DNA from: an uncultured Klebsiella sp.
GTDB taxonomy: Bacteria > Verrucomicrobiota > Verrucomicrobiia > Opitutales > UBA953
Assembly: GCA_964643215.1 (NCBI GenBank)
Contig: CAZXSI010000001.1
Span: 23,029-87,028 of the forward strand
Length of the DNA: 64,000 nucleotides
Reading direction: 5' to 3'
This document shows, one piece after another, positions 57,742-64,000 of the stretch. A model generated the notes under the pieces. The model was not told where the DNA came from. It worked only from the letters and a program-made list of their open reading frames with translations, and searched no databases. Numbering within the stretch: position 1 is the stretch's first letter; each line of letters opens with the position of its first letter. Made by a program: the position numbers and the translations under genes.

Positions 57742-58437
57742 ATGCGAACCCCCGCCTTCGGCTGGCGCGACTACTGGCGCATGCTGACCTCAGGTCGGCC
57801 GTGGCTGCCCTGGCGTTATTTCCGCGAAGCCCACGCCTATGACCTGCGCCGGGGCACCGACACGCACGCCCGCCTGAACAAGGAGGACTTCGGCGCCGCG
57901 CCGGCGGGCTTCGCCGAGGGCACCTGCTACACGGCGTCCTGGACCAGCGAGATCGACTGGGCTTTCCGCGAGACCCGCGCCCTGCTGGGTCCGGAGTTCG
58001 ACGCGTTCGCGTTCGTTGACGTCGGCTGCGGCAAAGGCAAGGCGGTGCTACGCTGGACCGAACTCTGCCGCCGCGCCGGTTCCGCCCAGCGGATCGCGGG
58101 CTTCGACTACCACGCCCCGCTCGTCGAGATCGCCCGGCGGAATCACGTGAAGCTGTTCGGCACGCCGGGCCGCATCACGACCGACGGAGCCGAGACCTTC
58201 GCCTTCGCGCCGCTGGGCGGCCGCGTCCTCTGCTACCTCTATAACCCGTTCGGCGCCGACCTGATGCGCCGCTTCCTCCGCCGGTTGGACGGACTCGACG
58301 TGGTCATCATCTATAACAATCCGGCCGAGGACGCCGCCTTGCGCGACCTGGGTTTCGTCGTCTGGCGCTCCAAGCAGGGAGACTGCCCCGCCGCCCGCAC
58401 GACCCTCTACGTCAACCGCCGGGCCGCCGCCAATTAA
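57742..58437 (+). CDS. Class I SAM-dependent methyltransferase (substrate unknown)
   Basis: The internal ATG at 57742 gives 231 aa. Motif I is FVDVGCGKGKAVL, followed by an acidic post-I residue (GFDYH) and CYLYNPF. Confidence 0.6.
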   Translation: MRTPAFGWRDYWRMLTSGRPWLPWRYFREAHAYDLRRGTDTHARLNKEDFGAAPAGFAEGTCYTASWTSEIDWAFRETRALLGPEFDAFAFVDVGCGKGKAVLRWTELCRRAGSAQRIAGFDYHAPLVEIARRNHVKLFGTPGRITTDGAETFAFAPLGGRVLCYLYNPFGADLMRRFLRRLDGLDVVIIYNNPAEDAALRDLGFVVWRSKQGDCPAARTTLYVNRRAAAN

Positions 58438-58456
58438 CCTTTGCCAGAAGCCGGGA

Positions 58457-59128
58457 ATGGGTTTGGTTGGAAGCGCCCCCATGAGCTCCTCCCCCCTCCG
58501 CACCACCCTGCTGGCCACGGCCGCGCTCTTCCTGAGCTCGTACGCCGCGATCGCCGGCGAAACGATCCAGATGTTCGACGGCAAGTCCCTCGCCGGCTGG
58601 AAACCCTCCAAGAACTCCCCCGAAGGCACCTACAAGGTCGAGGACGGCGTCCTCCAGATCCGCGGCGGCCAGGGCCACCTCTTCTTCGTCGGCGCCGACG
58701 GCAAGGCCAGCTTCACGAACTTCGACTTCAAGGCGAAGGTGAAGACCTACCCGGGCGCCAACTCGGGCCTCTACTTCCATACGACCTACGAAGACAAGGG
58801 CTGGCCTTCCCAGGGTTACGAATGCCAGGTCAACGGCAGCCACAAGGACATCAAGCGCACGGGCGGCCTCTACGCCGTGCGCGACGTCCTCAACACGCCG
58901 GCCGCCCCCGACAACGTCTGGTTCGAATACCATATCCGCGTCGAAGGGAAGCGCATCCAGATCTGGATCGACGGCAAGCAGACCGTCGACTTCACCCAGC
59001 CCGAAGACTGGACCCCGCCGAAAGGCATGCCCGGCCGCAAGCTCGGCTCCGGCACCTTCGCCATCCAGGCCCACGACCCGGGCTGCAAGGTCGACTACAA
59101 GGACCTGGTCGTCGAACGCCTGCCCTGA
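58457..59128 (+). CDS. Secreted DUF1080 (3-keto-disaccharide hydrolase-like, LamG-fold) protein
   Basis: It has a signal peptide, then FDGKSLAGWKP...YKVEDGVLQIRGG...FTNFDFKAKVKTYPGANSGLYFH...GYECQV...WFEYHIRVEGKRIQIWIDGKQTVDF. The start could be 58457 or 58481. Confidence 0.75.
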   Translation: MGLVGSAPMSSSPLRTTLLATAALFLSSYAAIAGETIQMFDGKSLAGWKPSKNSPEGTYKVEDGVLQIRGGQGHLFFVGADGKASFTNFDFKAKVKTYPGANSGLYFHTTYEDKGWPSQGYECQVNGSHKDIKRTGGLYAVRDVLNTPAAPDNVWFEYHIRVEGKRIQIWIDGKQTVDFTQPEDWTPPKGMPGRKLGSGTFAIQAHDPGCKVDYKDLVVERLP

Positions 59129-59148
59129 GCGGCCGGCCGACGAAGCCG

Positions 59149-59176
59149 AAAGGCGGACCGCCTGGTCCGCCTTTTT
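59149..59176. terminator. Rho-independent terminator between convergent genes
   Basis: AAAGGCGGACC-GCCT-GGTCCGCCTTT followed by TT on the plus strand. The reverse orientation has a weaker T tract. Confidence 0.6.
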
Positions 59177-59188
59177 CGTGCCCGCGAT

Positions 59189-60061
59189 TCAGGCGAGCGC
59201 GCGCTCGAGCTCGGCGATGAGCCGCGCCCTGACCGGCTCGGCCAGCGCCGAAAGCCGACGCTGTTCGGCCTCGTACTCTGCGCGCCCTTCGGCCGTCTCG
59301 ATCGCGATGGGCCGCAGGCCGATCGCGGAGAAGTCATAAGGGCTGGCGCGCATGTCGACGGTCCGCGCGACGTGCGCGAGCTCGAAGGCGTCCGCGGCGA
59401 GCTCGGCCGAGACCCACGGCTGCGCCTTCATCGCCCACTTGAAGAGGTCCATGGTGACGTGCACGCAGCCGGGCTGCTCGTTGTCGACGCGCGCGGCGAG
59501 CGTCGGCGCGAGCTTGTTCAACGGCCGCGCGCCCGGCGTGAAGAAACGGAAGGCGTCGTAGTGCGTGCAGCGTACGGGCAGCGCGCGGACGACGGCGTCG
59601 GTGCCTTCCGCGCCGAGCCGCAGCGGCCAGGCGCCGTGCCGACGCTGCTCGGCCTGGCCGTAGACCATCGCCCATTCGTGCAGGCCGAAACAGCCGTGGA
59701 AGGCCGCGCGGCCGGCGACGGCCCGGCAGAGCTTCCGGCTGAAATCCAGCCGACCGGCCTGGGCTTCGTCAGGCAAGGCCACCCGCACGAGTCCGTCCGC
59801 CCCGCGCAGGAAGCGCCGGCCGTCGACGAGTTCGTCGGCCTCCTCGAGCGCCACGCCGGCGCCGGGGGTCCAGCGACGGACCGCCGAGAAGCGGAACGGA
59901 TAATAGGTGAACAGGAAATCTTCGACCGGGTCGCGCTCGCCCTTCCGCGCCCGGAGCCGGCGGGCCTCGACCAGCCGGTCCGCCCGCGCCTCATGCGCGG
60001 CGCGGCGCGCCCGCCATTCGGCGGAGCCGAGCACGACCTGACTGGCGGGCAAGACGCTCAA
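59189..60061 (-). CDS. Conserved protein of unknown function (from memory, homologs are sometimes labelled 3-methyladenine DNA glycosylase-like)
   Basis: Motifs are FLFTYYPFRFS, FHGCFGLHEWAMVYG, RCTHYDAFRFFTP, GCVHVTMDLFKWA and DMRASPYDF. The start is uncertain. A TTG at about 60061 overlaps the upstream stop, and a GTG at about 60034 is an alternative. The track ORF start at 60289 lies inside the upstream gene. Confidence 0.5.
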   Translation of the reverse strand: MSVLPASQVVLGSAEWRARRAAHEARADRLVEARRLRARKGERDPVEDFLFTYYPFRFSAVRRWTPGAGVALEEADELVDGRRFLRGADGLVRVALPDEAQAGRLDFSRKLCRAVAGRAAFHGCFGLHEWAMVYGQAEQRRHGAWPLRLGAEGTDAVVRALPVRCTHYDAFRFFTPGARPLNKLAPTLAARVDNEQPGCVHVTMDLFKWAMKAQPWVSAELAADAFELAHVARTVDMRASPYDFSAIGLRPIAIETAEGRAEYEAEQRRLSALAEPVRARLIAELERALA

Positions 60062-60633
60062 TCGAAGCGGCGATGATGGGCGGCGACCTTCACGTACTTC
60101 TCCGCCCAGCCCGGCAAGGCCGCCTGCTCGGCGGGCGACAGCGGACGCACGACCTTGGCCGGCGAACCCATGACGAGCGAGCCGGGCGGCACCTGCGTGC
60201 CCTTGGTGACGAGGGAATTGGCGCCGACGATCGACCGCGCGCCGATGACGGCGCCGTCGAGGATGGTGGCGTGCATGCCGATGAGGCATTCGTCGCCGAC
60301 CACGCAGGCGTGGATCATCGCCAGATGCCCGACGGTCACGCGGGCGCCGATCCGGGCCGGCAGGCCGTCGGCGACATGCACGACCGCGCCGTCCTGGATG
60401 TTGCTGCCTTCGCCGACCTCGATCGGGGCGATGTCGCCGCGGAGCACGGCGCAGGGCCAGACGCTGGCCTTAGGGCCGACCGTGACGTTGCCGACGACGA
60501 CCGCCCGGGAATGGACGAAGGCCGTGGCGTGCACGCTGGGTCCCTTGGACAGGTTGCGGGTCAGCTCCTTGGAGAGCGCCTCCTCGACATCGACCGGCTC
60601 CTCGAACGGACCGCCTTGGTAGAAAGGGTTCAT
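60058..60633 (-). CDS. Gamma-carbonic-anhydrase-like / hexapeptide-repeat (LbH, YrdA/PaaY family) protein
   Basis: The internal ATG at 60633 gives 191 aa. It shows left-handed beta-helix hexapeptide repeats and the LRGD...H...H pattern ([25 protein letters not shown]...VGHLAMIH). Confidence 0.85.
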   Translation of the reverse strand: MNPFYQGGPFEEPVDVEEALSKELTRNLSKGPSVHATAFVHSRAVVVGNVTVGPKASVWPCAVLRGDIAPIEVGEGSNIQDGAVVHVADGLPARIGARVTVGHLAMIHACVVGDECLIGMHATILDGAVIGARSIVGANSLVTKGTQVPPGSLVMGSPAKVVRPLSPAEQAALPGWAEKYVKVAAHHRRFD

Positions 60634-60829
60634 GCACCGAGGATTAAGCACCGCCCCCCGACAGGGAAGACCGAACCCGCCCGCCGGCCCTTTTTTGGGC
60701 GGTTTTAACCCCAAAACCCGCCCGCCCCATCCCGCCCCCATGTCCTCACCCCTGCCCCCGCCCCTAAACACCCTACAATTCCCCTTGCCAACGCCCCCTC
60801 ACTCCGTTTGCTCCGACCTTCCGACAGCC

Positions 60830-61144
60830 ATGAAGGCCACATTTATCACCTCCGGTCGCCAATTCACCGTCACTCAGGGCGACATCCTCATCGTCAACCA
60901 GTACCCTGGTAAGAACGAAGGGGACATCCTCACCTTTGACCAGGTCCTCCTCGTGGGCGAAGGCGCCGCCGCCAAGATCGGCACCCCGACCGTCGCCGGC
61001 GCGAAGGTCACCGCCAAGATCCTCGAGAACAAGCGCGGCGAGAAGATCGACATCTTCAAGCACCGCCGCCGCAAGGGCTACTACCGCCGCCGCGGCCACC
61101 GCCAGGAACTGTCGGTGATCAAGGTCGAGTCCATCTCCGCTTAA
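60830..61144 (+). CDS. rplU: 50S ribosomal protein L21
   Basis: The internal ATG at 60830 gives [24 protein letters not shown]...[41 protein letters not shown]. Confidence 0.9.
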   Translation: MKATFITSGRQFTVTQGDILIVNQYPGKNEGDILTFDQVLLVGEGAAAKIGTPTVAGAKVTAKILENKRGEKIDIFKHRRRKGYYRRRGHRQELSVIKVESISA

Positions 61145-61163
61145 CCCTTAACGTCCTCCCACC

Positions 61164-61433
61164 ATGGCAACAAAGAAAGGCGGCGGCACTTCCTCCAACG
61201 GCCGCGATTCCACCTCCAAGCGCCTCGGCGTGAAGCTTTACGGCGGCGAGTTCGCCACCGCCGGCTCGATCCTCATCCGCCAGCGCGGCACCCGCATGAA
61301 CGCCGGTCGCAACGTCGGCATGGGCCGCGACCACACCCTCTTCGCCAAGGCCGACGGCATCGTCCGCTGGGACGCCGAGCACCGCAAGGTCGAGATCGTT
61401 CCGACGACCTCCTCCGCCTGCTCGCTCAAGTAA
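61164..61433 (+). CDS. rpmA: 50S ribosomal protein L27
   Basis: [61 protein letters not shown]. Confidence 0.95.
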   Translation: MATKKGGGTSSNGRDSTSKRLGVKLYGGEFATAGSILIRQRGTRMNAGRNVGMGRDHTLFAKADGIVRWDAEHRKVEIVPTTSSACSLK

Positions 61434-61451
61434 GCTACCCGCCAGCCTCCC

Positions 61452-61485
61452 AAGAAGCCGACCAACTGGTCGGCTTCTTTGTTTT
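61452..61485 (+). terminator. Rho-independent terminator after rpmA
   Basis: A perfect 12-bp stem AAGAAGCCGACC / GGTCGGCTTCTT with loop AACT, followed by TGTTTT. Confidence 0.75.
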
Positions 61486-61554
61486 ACGGACCATGCGACG
61501 GCGCTCCCCTCTCCGGGGGCGACCCGGGCCTGATGTCGTCCTGCAGGTCGGCGC

Positions 61555-61818
61555 CTAGCCGGCCCGGTTGCGAAGGATCTCCAGGGTCGAGCGGAAGAGC
61601 GATCGGGTGGAATCAGCGTACACGGGGTCGCGTACGACGTAGTCGCAGACATGCTCGATCGCCCGAGGATGGGCTCCGCATGCGCGCAATTCGGCTGCGA
61701 GCAACTGGAGCTTCTCGAGCGACATCAGCACGACGTCGGCTTCGGCTTCCTCGCGGAAACCATATTCCGGATCTTCATCCATCTCCCGGCGAAGGGCGAG
61801 GTTCTGAGTGAGGTGCAT
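61555..61818 (-). CDS. Small acidic hypothetical protein
   Basis: 87 aa. It is the only ORF that fills the 61.49-61.91 kb gap. It has more A/T-ending codons than its neighbours. I recognise no family. Confidence 0.35.
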   Translation of the reverse strand: MHLTQNLALRREMDEDPEYGFREEAEADVVLMSLEKLQLLAAELRACGAHPRAIEHVCDYVVRDPVYADSTRSLFRSTLEILRNRAG

Positions 61819-61912
61819 TGGGGTGCCCCTTCAAGGTAAGCCGCCACCCCACCAAGCAAAGCCCCGCGATGTTAAGATTCGCCGACCCGCCTGTGCCAAC
61901 ATGGTGACGGAC

Positions 61913-63277
61913 TCAGGCGTCGACGCCGGCCTGCGCGGCCCGGCGAAACTTCCACGCCATGGCCAGCGACACGAGGATGAGGCCGGTCGCCAAGGAGATC
62001 CAGATGCCGACGGCCCCGAGGCCGAAGAAGCCGACAGGGAGGCCGAACAGCCGGAAACCGGCGGGGAAAGCCAAGGCGAGCGCCAACGGCAGGCAGAACA
62101 GCCAGTATACGATGAAGACGCTCCACGAGGCCCAGGCGGCCCGGTTGACGGAACGAAGGAGATAGGCCGCCACGACCTGCACGCCGTCGAAGGGCGCCCA
62201 CACGGCGGCGAAGATGAGCAGCGTCGAGGCGAGCGCGGCGGTCTCGGTCCCGGCGACGCCATACGTCGCCATGAGCAAGGGGCGCAGGAGGATCATGCCG
62301 AGCCCGTAGACGGCCATGATGAGTCCGCCCATGATCAGGGCCCCGAGGCCGATGGCCTGCACCTTGCGCGGATCCTTGGCGCCATACGCCTCGCCGACGC
62401 GGATGCCGGCCGCGATGCCGAGCCCGAGCGGCAGCATGAAGGCGGCGGACGCGGTGCTGATGGCGACCTGGTGGGCGGCCTGCGCGGTGGCGTTGATCCA
62501 TCCGGCCATCACCGGCACGATCGCGAAGATGCCGACTTCGCTGAGGCTGTGCAGGCCCGCCGGCCAGCCGGTCTGCATGAGGCGGCGGAACACGGCCAGC
62601 TGCAACCCGTCCGCCCAGCGCACCTCGCCCCGGCCCGGCGTGAACCAGAGGCCGACGAGCATGACCAGGCGCGCGACGAGCGTGGCCCAGCCGGCGCCCG
62701 CGAGTCCCAGCGCCGGGAAGCCCCAATGGCCGAACATCCACAGCCAGTTGAAGAAGATGTTGGCGAGGATGCCGGCGCTCAGCCACGCGAGCGAGATCCA
62801 CGGCTGGTGCTGCGAATCGCGATGGCCGCGCAACGCATGGAAGGCCAGGCCGGGAACCATGGCCCACGACATGAGGACGAAGAATTCCTCCGCCTCGGCG
62901 GAGACGGCCGGCGAGGATCCCAGCAGCGGGATGAAGCGGGCCGCCCAGTGCGACAGGATCGCGGCGACGACGCTCAGGGCGACGGCGAGGACCATGCCGT
63001 GCCGCAGAATCGCCGGCGACGATTCCTCGACGCCGGCGCCGTTGTCCTGCGACTGGTACACGGCGATGGCCCCGACGACCCCGATACCGAAGACATACGG
63101 GATGTAATTCAGGTTCGAGGCCAGGGCCGAGGCGGCCAGCGCGGTCTCGCCCAGGTGGCCGGCCATGGCGACGTCGACGACGAACATCAGCCCATAGCCG
63201 AGCATCCCCAGCATGATGGGGACCGCCAGCTTGAGCGTGGGGCCGATTTCGGCGCGGATGGTCGGCGGGTTATCCAA
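61913..63277 (-). CDS. MATE family efflux transporter
   Basis: 454 aa with about 12 TM segments. The N-terminus, ...LKLAVPIMLGMLGYGLMFVVDVAMAGHLGETALAA, is typical of NorM/DinF-type MATE pumps. Confidence 0.9.
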   Translation of the reverse strand: MDNPPTIRAEIGPTLKLAVPIMLGMLGYGLMFVVDVAMAGHLGETALAASALASNLNYIPYVFGIGVVGAIAVYQSQDNGAGVEESSPAILRHGMVLAVALSVVAAILSHWAARFIPLLGSSPAVSAEAEEFFVLMSWAMVPGLAFHALRGHRDSQHQPWISLAWLSAGILANIFFNWLWMFGHWGFPALGLAGAGWATLVARLVMLVGLWFTPGRGEVRWADGLQLAVFRRLMQTGWPAGLHSLSEVGIFAIVPVMAGWINATAQAAHQVAISTASAAFMLPLGLGIAAGIRVGEAYGAKDPRKVQAIGLGALIMGGLIMAVYGLGMILLRPLLMATYGVAGTETAALASTLLIFAAVWAPFDGVQVVAAYLLRSVNRAAWASWSVFIVYWLFCLPLALALAFPAGFRLFGLPVGFFGLGAVGIWISLATGLILVSLAMAWKFRRAAQAGVDA

Positions 63278-63313
63278 GCCCCCAAGAGGAAAGGATTACC
63301 TTCCCGTTGCGAG

Positions 63314-64000
63314 TCAGTTCTTCGGCACGCGGTTCAGCGTGTAATAGGCATCCGCGTGATCGAGCGCCTCGCCGCCGGCCGAACGGACGCCGTCGGCATG
63401 CAGCTCATGGATGTAAAGCTCGCGGAGGCCGTCGACCTTGAGCCGCACGCTGAGCCCGTCCGCGGCGACCTTGGCCGAGACGATGCCGTTCGGCGCGGCC
63501 TGGATCTCGTCGCTGCCGTACGCGCCCGAATAGAAGAGCGTGTAGTTGGTCATGCGGTAGGCGGCGACGTCGCCGGCGCGGGCCACGTCCACCGGCTTGG
63601 TGAACGTCAGCTCGAAGCCGTCCGGCTTGGCCTTCATCTCCTTGATGGCGAAGGGCACGGTGCCGTTGTAGCGGAGGCGCTGCAGGCCGTAGGCCTTGGT
63701 GCCGAGCGAGGACCAGCCGCGGCTGGTCATGCCGACCATGAGCGAGCCGTCCGGCGCGAAACGGAGGCGCACGATGCCGGAGGCGAAGCCGCCCACGAAC
63801 GGGAAGCAGGCGCCTTGGTACTCGCCTTCGACCTTCTCCATGAAGACGCGGCTGATCTTGGCGTCGGTGAACTCGGCCACGAACATCTGTCCGTCGAACG
63901 GGCCGAACCTGCCGCCGGCGTCGCACGTGGCGAGATCGGTGCCGCTGCGTCCCATCTTGTTGTAGGGCATCCACACCGCGGGCGGACGCATCTCGGGCAA
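63314..64000 (-). CDS. C-terminal part of a larger beta-propeller (soluble glucose/sorbosone-dehydrogenase-like) protein; the 5' end lies outside the window
   Basis: The frame is open from the window edge to a stop at 63314. The sequence is beta-strand-rich (...FAPDGSLMVGMTSRGWSSLG...) and is followed by an Ig-like tail. The family assignment is tentative. Confidence 0.5.
   Translation of the reverse strand: MPEMRPPAVWMPYNKMGRSGTDLATCDAGGRFGPFDGQMFVAEFTDAKISRVFMEKVEGEYQGACFPFVGGFASGIVRLRFAPDGSLMVGMTSRGWSSLGTKAYGLQRLRYNGTVPFAIKEMKAKPDGFELTFTKPVDVARAGDVAAYRMTNYTLFYSGAYGSDEIQAAPNGIVSAKVAADGLSVRLKVDGLRELYIHELHADGVRSAGGEALDHADAYYTLNRVPKN

Overview
This is a very GC-rich, densely packed bacterial chromosomal segment. 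I saw no rRNA, tRNA, CRISPR array, IS element or phage genes. The core of the window (about 22.6-41.1 kb, minus strand) is a fused str-S10-spc-alpha ribosomal super-operon running rpsL-rpsG-fusA-rpsJ...rplQ, and it includes secY, map and rpoA. The flanks are housekeeping genes. Left flank: htrA, smc, rpsU, a type III glutamine synthetase, hemY, mdh, a dnaX-yfcE-hrpB-exonuclease string and guaA. Right flank: sufE, ctaA/ctaB, a double-length UvrA, pdxJ-acpS-nnr-dprA, a sigma-54-dependent response regulator, rplU-rpmA and a MATE pump. The gene content (GSIII, a DUF1080 protein, a beta-propeller dehydrogenase-like protein, extended r-proteins) suggests a PVC-superphylum or Verrucomicrobiota-like organism, but that is inference only. 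I found no defence-island-like or obviously novel multi-gene system; this is mostly ordinary core genome. The items most worth a second look are these. (1) An A9 slippery run in dnaX at the tau/gamma boundary. (2) A signal-peptide protein gene inserted between rpsS and rplV. (3) A 1843-aa tandem-fused UvrA with four ABC modules. (4) Two sigma-54-type promoters (glnN and the enhancer-binding-protein gene), each preceded by a similar AT-rich dyad. (5) Unusual extensions on SecY, S5 and S11. The many long antisense and alternative-frame ORFs in the track are GC-bias artefacts. Motif coordinates were read by eye and may be off by 1-2 nt. CDS coordinates follow the supplied ORF track, with starts trimmed where homology indicates an internal start.
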